A stretch of DNA of 63,997 bases, filler included, from Porpidia crustulata (lineage: Eukaryota): assembly GCA_964255105.1 (NCBI GenBank). It is 3 parts of 3 records of this genome, joined end to end, with 100 filler letters (N's around TTAATTAATTAA, not from the genome) between each part and the next. Parts side by side here need not be neighbours in the genome. Positions count along the whole stretch, not along the records: positions 47,685 to 63,997 come from CAXUWE010000262.1; 2 more parts are not named here. One strand, 5' to 3'. Below are positions 50,482-63,997 of the stretch, piece by piece (position 1 is the stretch's first letter; each line of letters begins with the position of its first letter). A model generated the notes under the pieces. It was not told where the DNA came from, made no database searches, and saw only the letters and a program-made list of their open reading frames with translations. Made by a program: the position numbers and the translations under genes.

Positions 50482-53400
50482 CTAAACAGGCTGAGGTTGA
50501 GGAGTCTCTCCTTTTCCCCCTTCATTATACTGATCCCAATTTGCTAGGACATTCCCAATCCTCGGGCTGTTGGTCAACTTGTAGACCTCCTCGAAGTACT
50601 CCTTTGTGATCTCGAATGGCTTTGCGGTAACGTTGGGAATATATTTCCCAATCAATTTGCTGGGATCGATTGTGGTCCTATTAATCTTTTTGAGTAAAAA
50701 GCTTCGGAAAGGCTTGACGCCAGAGCGCAAGAAGGTACTATGGAAAGGCACATCGATGCCTTTGAGGGGTATCGTAGCAAATCCACGTTGCAGGTCGATA
50801 GGCTTGGGCTTGGCTTCCGTTTGCTTGGCGCATTCACGGATGATCTCGACGAGGTGGGCTGTGACGTCCTCGAGGGAAAGCTTCTGCATCAGGGATTGAA
50901 TGTCCACCTTCTGAGCCTTTAGGTAATTAGTGACGCCTGTAAGGCAATCCAAGGCCCGAAGCTATTGACAGAATTAGCAAGAGCACCCAAAAATAAAGTT
51001 GACCAATATACTTACATCGCCAGCGCAAACGTATTGCATATTAGCGACATTGTAGTTCACAATCTCCAACAGCCAGGTTGTCTCTTCCGCAATGTTTTCG
51101 ACCACATACTGTAGTGCTTGTTCATTGAAAGTTTTCGAGATCCGACTCGGGTTGACAGCACACATCGAGTAGTTTGACCGACCAGTTTCATCACGCTCCA
51201 CGGCGACCTGCATCGTAAGACCTCGGTAGAAGACGACAGAAACCAAGCTTTCGATTGGCATCACCTCAGCAAGCGCCGCCAAGGCAGAGTACTCCCCGAG
51301 TGAATGACCAGCAAAGCTACTGTCTCTCTGGACAAGTCCCTTGGATCTCATGTCTTCGAAGCTTGCCTTTTCCATGAGGGTCAAGGCTGGTTGTGTGAAT
51401 TGGGTAGCAGAAAGAAGACCAGTTGGTGAACGGTAAGTGTAGGAAGTCGTATTCTCATCAACCTCTTTAAATATCTTTTCCGACTTGATGGAGCCATCTG
51501 CGTTGATGGACTCAAAAGTCATGGACATATAGTTCTCTCTGATAGCTTTTCCTCTAGGCCCACCGAAGTGGATAGTAAGCTCCTTGGGATTGTTCTTGAC
51601 GATATTAGTAATGGAGAAACCGTAGTTCTCCATGAAGTGTGCATCAGCACGATCCCAGACTTCCCTAGCTACGGAACTACTAGCATAGAGCTCCATACCC
51701 ATGCCTTGCTCTTGGGAACCTTGCCCAGTGAAGACGTAGGATGAGACCGGCTGCTCGACCTCCGCTTCACCGAGGAGTACCTTTTCTTCAGTGTCCTTAT
51801 TACTCGCTTCTACTTTGATAATCTTCCGGCCTGATACCATACCGATATGCTGAAGTTTGACTTCGATATCGTCATTTGGTAGAACCATACCGACCAAGTT
51901 GCAGTGGAAGCTCCGAACACGGCCAACATTGTTTTCCGCAGCCCATGTCTCAACCAAGCTTCTCACAGTGGCGCTAGAGTACATGCCGTGCGTGATCGTA
52001 CCGGGTAGATTGGCGTAGCTTGAGAATACCCGGGACACATGAATAGGATTATAGTCTCCGGAAACACGAGCGTAAGTCTCATTCGAAGAAGGTGCTCTGA
52101 GCACTAATGGGGTCTTGCCACTAAGAGGGATCGGGTTCTCAAAGTTGACTGGTTGCTCGATTGACGATCCGTACCTCTGTAGGTAGTCTACAACTGGATT
52201 ACCGCGAGATACACCTGCATCGTAGTCAACCGAAGCGACTTGAACAACTTCTTTCGTAGGTAATTCCATCAGGACTTGTCCAATCGTTTCCACGTGGCTG
52301 AAGATTGTCTTGTCCTTGAAATGAACCAGGGTCTGCAGACGGAAGATCAAGGTTTTGTTAAGGAGCTCGATATCTTGCGAGTCCATATTGAACCACTCTT
52401 TGGATCGGAGAACAGCAACGTCCTTGGAAGCGCCTAGATATAATTGCATGGGAGTTTCGTCTTTGCGCTGAAAGGTGTTTTCGAAATCCGAGTATACGCC
52501 ACGATAGAGAAATTGGGAAGTAACCTCCATAATGGGTTTGCCGTTCCGCTTAATAGTACCACAGATCTCAACCATCTTTCCAGAATCTTGATTCAATACG
52601 GCATTTATTTGGGCAGTGGTATCAACCGTGTCACCCTTCCTCAGAGGTTCGGCTCCAGGAAGCATGCGGAAGCCGTTGGATAGATGCACTAACTTCAGAA
52701 GATCGCCATCAATGGAGCTTGGAAAGATTGGCTTCGTGATAGCTTTCCAGCCAACGACAATGGCAAAGTCCATGGGCGCGAAAACTTCTTTGCCAGGTCG
52801 CTCAACAAATGCTTCACCTGTATTTCCAACGGCATGTACGAAGTCTGCAATGGCCTGACCGGTGACCTTTGCTTGTCCACCCTCGAACTTACTTGTCGCA
52901 GGAGTATCGAAAGGGACTACTTCTCCAGCTCCAAACCATATGCGGTAGTAGAACTCTTTGATACGGTCGTTACGGCCTTGCATAACTTCCCAAATTGGAG
53001 CATATCCGGCTTCCGGGTGATATGTAAACTTTAAAGGTAGCGCAACAGGTTTGCCTTCCGCAGTCCGCTCCGCCCACAAATTGACCAGAATTTCGTTTTT
53101 GGCAGTCATGCTTACCTCAAGTGTCTTAACCATCTTACCAGACGATGCAGGCTCTTCAACGCATATCCTGGTTTTTGCAGGCTGTCTGGGGTGTAGAACT
53201 TTTACTAACATACCCTTGTGCGGTGAGAAAATCCGTTTAAGAGGATTGGTCTGGAATTTTTGTCCTTGGATGAACACTTCTGCGGTGAAAAGAGCATATC
53301 TCCAGCAGTACGACTTGCCAGCCAGGAGATGTAACCAAGCTTCCCCGTCTGGTAGTGGTGCGTTGGGAGCCGAAGAGACGCGGTAGGTCACTCGCTCTCC

Positions 53401-56400
53401 TTCTTCTGCCGCAGTCACCCCTTCCGGGTCGGAACTATCCTCGGTATCGAGAAGAAGCTGACCACCAAAGTACTCAATGACTGGGATTGCAGAGTCCTTG
53501 GCTCGGTATACATCCTGAGTCAGACCTTTGACATGGTCGTTATGTATACCATCTAATATATCCTTGATGGGTTCGTCGATTGTGTTTGAATATTTGACAG
53601 CCGTGGGACCTTGAAGGATGCAGGTTCTACCCACATCTTGATCCACTACAGCCTCAAGGTCTTCAGATTGCCAAAGGGAGTCTTTCTTAAAGAAGAACTC
53701 GAAATTTTCATCCAGCGAAGGAACAAATGGCACAGGTTTCTGTCCTCGCCGTTGGCAAAGAAGCAAAAAATGCTGTACATCTTGGGCGCTGATGAGCTGC
53801 TCGTTGGCTTGTGGGTAAGTGTTGATGACTTTGTCGACTATCAGATACGGCTCGTCCAGCTCGGAGTAGTTCTGGATCAAAGAAGGCTTTCCAGATGTGG
53901 AGATAAATCTCTCCTCAAGTCGGCGAATGAAGTCCCCAGTAAGACGTTCCAAGGATTGATCAATCCAGCGGGACTCGTGCTTCACGTACATGAGATCGAC
54001 CATGCGTCGCACAATCTCGCCATAAGTCATGTCTTCAAGATCCACAACCTCGCCAGATGCATTGCGACCAAACCACACTTTCTGGAAATCATCATTGAGT
54101 TTTTTGATGATATAATCACGCTGCTTCTTGAGTTCTGGTACGCGCTTGGCCTTATCCAAGCTGAAAATTTTGTGATCCATCTCGGACCAAAACCTTACTC
54201 CTCGCGTTGCAAGCTTGTGAATCGGTTCGCCCATCTCAGATCGCACGGTTATAACACCGCCCGCTGGACCTTTGTACGTTTTCTCCCATTTGCTATCATC
54301 TACTCCTTCAGCCTCGGTAATGGCTTTCTTTACATTCTTGGAAGTCTTTGCTTCTTTGGCCGTCATCATCCGACTCCCGAAAAGACAACCATCGAAAGGC
54401 ATTGGCGGATAGCCGAAACTTGACGACCATGACCCGGTCATATACGGGTAGGTATCCTCGGAGCCGCCGAAACCACTTCCTGCTATCACGATGAGATTCT
54501 CACATCTGCGAATTCTGCCGTACATCTGTAGTATCGGCTGATGGAAATCCTCGAATGAGTGATGACCGCCACCTCGGCCTCCAGTCCACTGAAGGATCAC
54601 TGGAAAGTGAGGGTTCGCTTTTGCAATGTTAACTACTTGCTGGATAGCCTCTACCGAACCAGGCTTGAACGCGATGTGCTTTATCCCTAGTGTCTCGATG
54701 TACTCATTGGCTACTTCAATTGACGGGACACCTGCGCCAATTGTAAGACCTTCAATAGGAACACCGTCGGCGCGGAGCTGGCCAATAAGAGGTATTTGCC
54801 ATGCCATTGCTCGAGGATTGACATAAATGAGATTGACCGTAATACCGCGACCTGCAGGGGTAGCATTTTGGATTTTGACCAGAGCCTCAGTCATCGTCTT
54901 TGCGTTGTAGTACCCGCCACCTGCAAGCTCGATCTGGTAGCCAGCACTCATGGTCGCAGCAACGAAATCCCAAGGTACGGTGCAAGGCGTCATACCAGCC
55001 ACCATTACCGGGGGGAGTCCAAGCAGTCTACTCATCTTGGTGTCCACGAAAGTCTGGCCTGCTGAAGTCTTAACGAGCTTTGGGCCATGATCCTTAACCC
55101 AATCCACAGCATACTTGACGGCATGTTCCTCGTCTCGGTCGAATAGCTCAGTCTTATATCCCACTTCTGCATTTGTGCCATCCATCGCACCTCCAAGGAT
55201 AACTCGAACGCCAGTCCCTTCCTTATTCCGATTAGTCAAGACACCTAGACCCGAAATGCCACCAGGGCCAAAGTCAACAATATGTGTGGCTCGTGGAAAC
55301 ACAGTTGCACGTTCCCAATTTACAGTGTTTTGGGTTATCATTCGGACCAACAGTGGAACGACATTCATATTGCCTTCTTTGCTGATATCCGAACCAGTGT
55401 CGGTATGAAAAACTGGCATGGCAAGGCTCGATGCAGGGATTTTGACATCCTTGAGATCTTCGTCAATGATCTGAACGGCTTCGCTCAGGTATACGCTGTG
55501 AAAGGGGGCAGTGATCGGTAGGAATCGGTTGACAAATCGGACTTTCCGCTCTGTGAACGGTATCCGAGTCTGATCAAGCCCAGTCGGCGCTTTGACTTTG
55601 CGCAATCGAAGATTGAGTCCGTAGAGTGAAATCGGAGGACCAGTAACAACAAAATTACGAGCACTGTTGATCAGCGAAATTGCGATATGGCGTTCCTTAG
55701 GTAGATGATGGTTGGTAGTGTCAATGTGTTCTTGCAGTGCTGGCCGTGATAGATCTCGGATAGAGAGCATGGGAGTCGGGGTACCCTCGCCATGCTCGAG
55801 GGAATCTTGCAATATCGATGGAGCCAAAGAAGTCCGGGGATATGCCTGCTGACTTCGCGAACCTATCCAGAACAGCATCTTCAGTGCATCTTTCGCAAGT
55901 TGCTGGAATGATTCCCATGAATCGGCGGCTGATATTGCGGCAGCGGTTACAATACCCTGAGAATGGCCAGTGGTACCAGAAAAACGATCCCTTACCTCCC
56001 CAGGCGTTTGCCCTAAGGTTCTGCATGTCACGGTGTAGTGAGCGAGCTGCACAAGTCCAATCAGAGGTAAGCTGACTGGCGCCGAAACGAGGTAGTCGGT
56101 ATCAGGTTGTGTATCCTTGTCATGAAGCCACCGCATTACATCTAATCCTTTCGAGTATAGCTTGTCCGCTCGTGGATCTCTTGCCAGTGACTGAAGAAGG
56201 TCCGAAGAGCTCGAGACAAGCTGCTCAACAAATGACGGGTACGTCCTGTATATTTCTCGTAGTTCTTCAAAGTACTCTTCGATATTACCCTGACCACCGA
56301 AGATAGCATATAAGCGAGCGGCCTCGTCGTCTGCAGCTCGAAAAAGTGCCGATGAGTGAGCCTTGATAGGCCGATTCGCAGCCGTCCGTGCAGCAAAATA

Positions 56401-56817
56401 GCATTGTACTACTGCGAGCTTCTTCTGTGGAATTCCTGGTAATGACGCAGCTAAAGCATGTACATCGTTACCCTGGAGGAACGCCCGTTCAAACTCGTTC
56501 AGCGTAAGCTTTAGAACCTCGCCATAGCTACCTTGGGCGTCATCTTCGCCCTCGTCCACTTCAGATGCTATGTAGCCAAGGTATCGTGCGACCAACTCCG
56601 GAATTGATGAAGGCTCGTCGTCTTGTGCGAGTTCATCTGTTGGTGATGGCAGTGTTGCATCGAATCGGTCTTTTATCTGAGAGGCATAAAAATGCTGAGC
56701 TGTAGGTATGAGAAGAGAATGTTCCAAAGAGCCATGTGTGAGAGAAAGTGGTCGAAGGGAGGATGAAGACCGAGGGGTCGAGACGCCCGTATGAGGTCCA
56801 GTGCCAGTACCGTACAT
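50482..56817 (-). CDS. FAS1: Fatty acid synthase subunit beta (AT-ER-DH-MPT)
   Basis: Start [81 protein letters not shown] and GIDVPFHS. Intron 51015-50962 (GTAAGT...GCTAAT...TAG). Confidence 0.98.
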
Positions 56818-57715
56818 ACTGGATGTTGAGAGGGTATGTCAATAAGAGGTATCGTGACCCAATCCTGATATTTTGACAGAGATGTTAATTGTAGGCTCAT
56901 CGAATGTATTAAGAGACCGGCTCGGGGATCCGACGCAATGCTGTTGAAGGTCCAAGAGAGCTGGATCTCTTACCTTAAATGTATTTCAATCCGGGGATAG
57001 TAGAGCGTTTCAGTAGATTGAGGAAGTGGGATGCAACAGAAGCTGTCGACAATTAGAAGAATCGAAGCCCACCGTGAACACGAGGCTGCACAATTCAACG
57101 AAACGGTGTGCTTGTGGCTATCTACTGCACCTCATGGAAGGCAGCACTCGGACTTCAACGGATTTGGCGTATCAAGATAACCAGGAGCTATCTCGTATGG
57201 AAAAAAGTCTCTTCGCAGCTACCCCTGTCAGTTTGAATGCGTTGAGACCGAATATTCCCTGGGGTGCCCGCAGATGCCCGAAGATCCCTACAAGCTGGGG
57301 AAGACTAGAGCCAACAAATGACGTTTTCGCTGGAAGGTATTTAAAATACCAGTACTATTGATACACTAGCGTCCTAGAGCTCCCTGCATTATCGGACACC
57401 CCCAACAGCAAGAACGACCTGCATCCATTAATGCGAGATAGGGCTCGTGTGAATACAAGCTGAAGCTGGCAGCTCATATTTTCGTCACCTCTGCCAAGTA
57501 CTTCATTAACACTTCTCTCGCCATTATCTAAATCACCGGCGTTCGGTACTTCAGTCGTCAATTTCCACCGTATTAAATTTGAGTAACAACTATCTTCTGC
57601 TTCGGGACCGGTCACCATCCTCAGATACGAAGTTGTGGTAAGATCGGAACTGTTGTTTCTCCAGACGTCTCTTCCGTACAAGACCCCGTCCTCAGGACGT
57701 TAAATCCAAATCACT
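56818..57715. promoter_or_regulatory. Bidirectional promoter shared by FAS1 and FAS2
   Basis: About 0.9 kb between head-to-head start codons; a divergent FAS pair is the known arrangement in filamentous ascomycetes. Confidence 0.75.
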
Positions 57716-60700
57716 ATGACACCCGAAATCGAGCAAGAGCTGGCACATACGCTGTTAGTCGAACTTCTGGCATATCAGTTTGCGAGTCCTGTCCGCTGGA
57801 TTGAAACTCAAGATGTTATACTCGCGGAAAAGGTTACAGAACGGATAGTTGAGATTGGCCCTGCGGATACGCTCGGTGGCATGGCTAAGAGGACTCTTGC
57901 ATCCAAATACGAGGCCTATGATGCAGCAAAATCCCTTCAGCGGCAAATACTATGTTACAATAAGGATGCGAAGGAGATTTACTATGATGTTGATCCAGTG
58001 GTGGATGAACCAGAACCAGCAGCTGGTGGTGCCGGGGCATCTTCACCTAACACAACCTCCGTACCTTCATCAAATTCCGCTGCACCACAAGCAGCGGCTG
58101 CTCCACCTCCCCCAAGTGCGGGCCCTGCTGCAGCTGTAGCGGATGCACCCGTTTCGGCTGTGGATATCGTCAGAACCTTGATCGCTCAGAAATTGAAGAA
58201 GCCCTTGACCGAAATTCCCTTAAGCAAAGCAATCAAAGACCTTGTCGGAGGTATGGCCTTTTATTCCACCTGCTGATATACGGTAGTATCTAACATTGAT
58301 GTAGGAAAATCGACCCTTCAGAACGAAATTCTTGGAGATCTCGGCAAAGAGTTCGGATCGACACCTGAGAAACCAGAAGATACACCCCTCGACGAACTTG
58401 GCGCTTCGATGCAGGCTACATTTAATGGGCAACTGGGCAAGCAGTCATCATCTTTAGTCGCTCGGCTCGTTTCATCTAAGATGCCTGGGGGCTTCAACAT
58501 CACAGCTGTCCGAAAATACTTGGAGACCAGGTGGGGCCTAGGGTCAGGACGACAAGATGGCGTTTTACTTCTTGCGCTTACATTGGAGCCTGCTTCTCGT
58601 CTTGGTTCAGAGAATGATGCAAAATCATTTCTTGATGACGTTTCAAACAAATACGCCGCGACTGCCGGTATAAATCTTTCGGCGCCTGCAGCTGGCGGTG
58701 ATAGTGGTGCGGCTGGTGGAGGAATGATGATGGATCCAGCCGCGATCGATGCACTCACAAAAGACCAAAAGGCTCTATTCAAGCAACAATTGGAGCTCTT
58801 CGCGCGATACTTGAAGATCGACCTTCGGGCTGGTGACAAGGCTTTCGTTGGATCACAGGAATCGCAGAAAGTGCTCCAGGCGCAGCTAGACCTCTGGAAT
58901 ACCGAGCATGGTGAGATTTATGCGAGTGGAATTGAGCCCTCCTTCAGCCAGTCTAAAGCTAGAGTATACGACTCGGCATGGAATTGGGCTCGTCAAGATG
59001 TTCTCTCCATGTACTACGACATTATCTTTGGTCGTCTACAGGCTGTCGACCGCGAGATTGTAAGTCGATGCATTCGAATTATGAATCGATCGAATCCTTT
59101 GCTGCTGGATTTTATGCAGTATCATATGGATGTTTGTCCGACCGAGCGAGGAGAAACATATAAATTAGCTAAAGAATTGGGCGAGCAACTGATAGACAAT
59201 TGCAAAGATGTCCTTGAAGAAGCTCCAGTTTACAAAGACGTGGGGATACCTACGGGGCCACAAACCACCGTGGACGCCAGAGGTAACCTCGACTACAAAG
59301 AGATACCTCGGACAAGCGCTCGCAAGCTTGAGCAATACGTTCGTGAGATGGCCGACGGAGGCAAGATTTCGGAATATGGCAATCGTACCAAAGTACAGAA
59401 CGACCTAAGCCGCATATACAAGCTTATCAAACAACAACACAAGCTATCTAAGTCTTCGCAGCTACAGATCAAATCGCTTTACGAAAATGTAATTCGCTCA
59501 CTTGCCATGAACGAGGGTCAGATTATGCCACTTGAGAACGGAAGACCCATGAACGGGCACGCGAAGAAAGGCGGCAAGAACGGAGGGAAGCCGCAAATGA
59601 ACGGCCATGTCAAGCCCGGCAAGGTCGAAACCATCCCATTTCTACATCTTAAGAGAAAGGACGAACATGGCTGGGAATACAGCAAGAAACTCACCGGTAT
59701 CTATTTAGACGGCTTAGAACAAGCTGCCAAATCCGGTGTTACTTTCCAGGGCAAGAATGCGCTCATGACTGGCGCCGGCGCTGGCTCTATTGGTGCTGAA
59801 GTTCTGCAGGGCTTGATCAGTGGTGGTGCGAAAGTAGTAGTGACTACCAGCCGTTTCTCCAGAGAGGTCACCGAATACTACCAATCTATGTATGCCCGAT
59901 ACGGCGCCCGAGGCTCTCAGCTTGTGGTTGTTCCTTTCAATGGCGGCAGTAAACAAGACGTCGAAGCCCTCATCGAATATATATACGATACCAAGAAAGG
60001 CTGCCTTGGTTGGGATCTCGATTTTGTCATTCCATTTGCGGCAATTCCTGAGAACGGCCGTGAAATTGATAACATTGATTCCAAATCCGAGTTGGCCCAT
60101 CGTATCATGTTGACAAATGTCTTGAGACTCCTTGGTTATATAAAGACACACAAACAGCAACGAGGCTTTGAGACTAGGCCCGCACAGGTTATTCTACCGC
60201 TTTCACCAAATCACGGTACGTTCGGTAACGATGGCCTTTATTCGGAGTCCAAATTAGCCCTGGAGACCTTATTCAATAGGTGGCACTCGGAAAATTGGGG
60301 AAATTTCTTGACTATCTGTGGCGCGGTCATTGGCTGGACGCGTGGTACCGGACTCATGTCTGGTAACAATGTGGTAGCTGAAGGTGTTGAGCGTTACGGC
60401 GTTCGTACTTTCTCCCAGCAAGAGATGGCGTTCAACATACTAGGCCTTATGGCTCCAACAATCGTCAACCTCTGTCAGGTCGAGCCTGTCTTTGCTGACC
60501 TAAACGGTGGACTTCAGTTTATTCCCGATCTCAAAGATATGATGACCAACTTGCGCAAGGAGATCATGGAATCAAGTGAGGTTCGGAAGGCAGTGACTAA
60601 GGAGACAGCGATCGAGAACAAGGTTGTTAACGGCGAGGAGAGCGAGGCTCTATACAAAAAGGTCACCGTTGATCCGCGAGCCAATATCAAATACCAATTT

Positions 60701-63439
60701 CCTGAGCTCCCAGACTGGAAAAATGAAATTGAACCTCTCAACTCTAATCTCAAAGGTATGGTAGATCTGGACAAAGTCGTTGTCGTCACAGGCTTCTCTG
60801 AAGTTGGGCCTTGGGGTAACTCTCGGACCCGATGGGAAATGGAGGCTTATGGCAAATTCTCTCTCGAAGGTTGCGTCGAAATGGCATGGATCATGGGACT
60901 TATAAAAAACCACAACGGTCCGCTTAAAGGCAAATCATATTCAGGCTGGGTTGATGCCAAGACAAATGATCCTGTTGACGACAAAGACATCAAAGGTAAA
61001 TATGAGAAGTACATTCTAGAACATGCTGGGATCCGGCTTATCGAACCTGAGCTCTTCAACGGCTATGATCCCAAGAAGAAGCAGCTCATGCAAGAGATCA
61101 TCATTGAGGAAGATCTTGATCCTTTCGAATCTTCAAAGGAAACTGCCATGGAGTTTAAGCGCGAGCATGGCGATAAAGTTGAGGTCTTTGAGATCTCGGA
61201 TTCTGGGGAGTATACCGTGCGATTAAAGAAAGGAGCTATGTTACTCATTCCAAAGGCCTTGAAATTTGATCGGCTCGTAGCTGGTCAGATTCCGACAGGC
61301 TGGAACGCCAAAACTTACGGTATTCCCGACGACATCATCTCCCAGGTCGATCCCGTCACTCTATATGTTTTAGTCTGCACGGTAGAAGCCCTCCTCGCTT
61401 CTGGCATTACGGATCCCTACGAGTTCTATAAGTATGTGCACATTTCGGAAGTGGGCAATTGTATTGGATCTGGTATAGGAGGAACGTCTGCACTGCGTGG
61501 AATGTACAAAGATCGCTTCCTTGATAAGCCACTCCAAAAAGACATTCTTCAGGAGTCATTCATCAACACCATGAGTGCCTGGGTTAATATGTTACTCATG
61601 TCGTCAACTGGCCCAATCAAGACGCCAGTTGGTGCTTGTGCTACAGCCGTGGAGTCGATTGACATAGGCTATGAGACAATCTTGGAAGGTAAGGCCAGAG
61701 TGTGTTTCGTTGGAGGTTTCGACGATTTTCAAGAAGAAGGCTCGTATGAGTTCGCCAATATGAAGGCAACGAGTAATGCGGAAGATGAGTTTGCTCACGG
61801 AAGAACGCCAAGAGAAATGTCTCGACCTACCACAACAACTCGGAATGGTTTCATGGAGTCACAAGGATGTGGCATGCAAGTAATCATGACCGCTCAGCTG
61901 GCGTTAGATATGGGCGTTCCCATCTACGGTATTCTCGGTATGACTGCAACTGCCACTGATAAGATTGGTCGCTCGGTCCCAGCACCTGGTCAAGGTGTTT
62001 TGACCACTGCAAGAGAGACACCATCAAAGTTCCCATCGCCTCTTCTAGACATCAAGTACCGCAAGCGACAGCTCGACATGCGTAAAGCCCATATCAAACA
62101 ATGGCATGAGTCAGAGCTGATGTACCTGCAAGACGAAGTGGCTGCTATGAAGTCGCAAGGGAGTGACTTTAACGAGTCCGAGTATATGCAAGATCGAGCT
62201 GCGCATATATCCAGAGAGGCTACCCGTCAGGAGAAAGATGCAATGAATGCGTTGGGAAATAACTTCTGGAAGCAAGATCCACGGATTGCTCCACTAAGAG
62301 GAGCGCTCGCTACTTGGGGGCTTACAATTGATGACCTTAATGTAGCGTCTTTCCATGGTACGTCGACAGTAGCCAATGACAAGAATGAGTCCGACGTCAT
62401 TTGCCAACAAATGAAGCATCTCGGCCGTAAGAAAGGAAATGCATTGCTAGGCATCTTCCAAAAGTATCTTACCGGGCATCCCAAGGGTGCAGCCGGTGCT
62501 TGGATGTTCAACGGCTGTCTCCAAGTCCTCAACAGCGGTCTTATTCCCGGAAACCGCAACGCTGATAATGTCGACAAAGTCATGGAGAAATTCGACTACA
62601 TTGTCTATCCAAGCCGTGCCATCCAAACCGACGGCGTCAAAGCGTTTTCCGTCACCTCTTTTGGTTTTGGCCAAAAAGGTGCTCAAGCCATTGGGATACA
62701 TCCCAAGTACCTGTTTGCAACACTTGACAAGGCGCAATATCAAACCTACAAACTGAAAGTTCAAGCAAGACAGAAAAAGGCGTATCGCTATTTCCACAAC
62801 GGGCTTATCACTAATACATTATTCGTGGCAAAGACACACTCTCCCTACCCCGACGCCCTCCAGTCCCAAGTCTTCCTTGACCCTACATCCCGTGTTTCCT
62901 TCGACAAGAAAACCTCCGAGCTCACCTATCCCTCCACCGTACCAGTCCACCCCACAGATGCATCAACGATTGAACACACTAAAGATATGGTCGAGTCTCT
63001 CGCCCGCGCCACCGCGACCATGAACAGCAAGATCGGTGTAGACATCGAGAGCATTGAAAGCATCAACATCCATAGTGATACCTTTATCGATAGAAATTTT
63101 ACACCTAGCGAACAAGCTTACTGCCGGAAGGCTCCAAATGTGCAGGCAAGTTTTGCTGGGAGGTGGTCGGCAAAGGAAGCTGTGTTCAAAAGCCTGGGGG
63201 TCCAAGGCAAAGGTGCCGGAGCAGAGTTGAGGAGTATCGAGATTTTGAGCGATGAGAAGGGTGCTCCCAAAGTTACGGTAAGTTGAGCTTCCCCCGATAG
63301 AACTGCAGAGAGCTAATCCCAAGCGCAGCTTCATGGCGACGCCAAAACCGCAGCCAGTAAAGCCGGTGTTAGAAGCGTCGATGTCAGCATCAGCCACAGC
63401 GATGTGCAGGCTATTGCAATCGCTGTCAGTAAATTCTAG
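57716..63439 (+). CDS. FAS2: Fatty acid synthase subunit alpha (ACP-KR-KS-PPT)
   Basis: [30 protein letters not shown] across intron 58251-58304; [11 protein letters not shown] and [22 protein letters not shown] and [19 protein letters not shown] and [13 protein letters not shown]. Second intron 63278-63328; stop TAG 63437-63439. Confidence 0.98.
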
Positions 63440-63891
63440 TACGGAAATTGAAGGAGCGACTGCTGTATGTTAAACGAAGGCATCCTGCATCATACATTAT
63501 TACGGCTGTGTCATCAACCACTAATTATTTACTTTGGCATTCAATAAATTCCTTCCTGATTTGGTGTCGCTGGCGGATCGTGCGATTGCTAGATGAGGTT
63601 TTCTTATATTGTACATAGCTTTTGATCCGAAAGAGGGTTTGCGGACATAGAGATGGCAAAGGGTGTTTTGAGGTTCTTAATTCTTTTACATTGCACCGTG
63701 CCTTTTGCAGCTGTCGTTATTGTTGTTGGTGATGCAATGCTATCTACACCATCGTCGACTGCCTACCAATGTTCTCAAGTGAGCTGCCAGATTCCCGGGA
63801 TCATTGTCGCCCAAATGTTGGCAACTTATTTTCGAAGTGGAGTCTTGTGCGGCGAGAGGGTTTGAGTAAGAGGGTATTACGTCGCTTTAAT

Positions 63892-63932
63892 TTTGACTCT
63901 GCTCGACAAAGATTGATTTGACTTTGCTCGAC
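63892..63932 (+). repeat. 16-bp direct repeat with one mismatch
   Basis: TTTGACTCTGCTCGAC (63892-63907) and TTTGACTTTGCTCGAC (63917-63932). Confidence 0.8.
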
Positions 63933-63997
63933 GAAGGTGCTGCCTGACCAGATGCTCAATCTAGACATCTCGCCTAGAATCCAACCATCACTATCCC

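Noticed and set aside
50482..63439. FAS pair as a secondary-metabolite cluster FAS (aflatoxin-type HexA/HexB)
   Set aside because: The sequences look like the canonical primary-metabolism FAS, and no PKS, tailoring enzymes or cluster regulator are present in the window.
63428..63439. FAS2 C-terminus SKF as a peroxisomal signal
   Set aside because: It is the end of the PPT domain of a megadalton cytosolic complex and a weak PTS1 variant; likely coincidental.
18007..63439. Malic enzyme plus FAS as a lipogenesis gene cluster
   Set aside because: They are about 30 kb apart with many unrelated genes and two assembly gaps between them.
63653..63865. 70-aa hydrophobic ORF after FAS2
   Set aside because: Short, begins about 210 nt after the FAS2 stop with little room for a promoter, and has no recognisable motifs.
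1..63997. tRNA, rRNA, snRNA, CRISPR arrays or intact transposons
   Set aside because: No cloverleaf/T-loop, spliceosomal RNA signature, repeat-spacer array, or transposase/reverse-transcriptase motif was seen by eye; a covariance-model search would be needed to exclude small RNAs.

Overview
Gene-dense nuclear DNA from a filamentous ascomycete (Pezizomycotina), with short GT-AG introns, CTRAY-type branch sites and two artificial 100-nt scaffold linkers. I can support 14 protein-coding genes. In order they are: a giant Woronin-body tether (Leashin/Lah, at least 5,723 aa; the two huge ORFs plus an unlisted exon at the window start splice in frame into one gene), malic enzyme, a HAM1/DUF4449-type protein, NOP14 (3' end lost in a gap), a conserved uncharacterised membrane-anchored protein, ORC3, an Mss116-type DEAD-box helicase, a mitochondrial PPR protein, the arginine-specific carbamoyl-phosphate synthetase large subunit, a DIP5-type amino-acid permease, dipeptidyl-peptidase V, an orphan two-domain secreted protein with Kex2-like sites, and the divergent FAS1/FAS2 fatty-acid synthase pair. 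Most of the window is housekeeping and I see no unambiguous new system. The best leads are four. (i) Three genes have a weak-context upstream ATG that adds a targeting peptide ahead of a strong-context ATG, and the malic enzyme also ends in a PTS1 (SHL). (ii) A small accessory island at about 46.9-49.7 kb holds an effector/preprotoxin-like secreted gene and possibly decayed relatives. (iii) A candidate FAS1 5'-UTR intron hides an overlapping uORF. (iv) Lah has a regular charge-block architecture. Family assignments come from motif recognition by eye, not from database searches.
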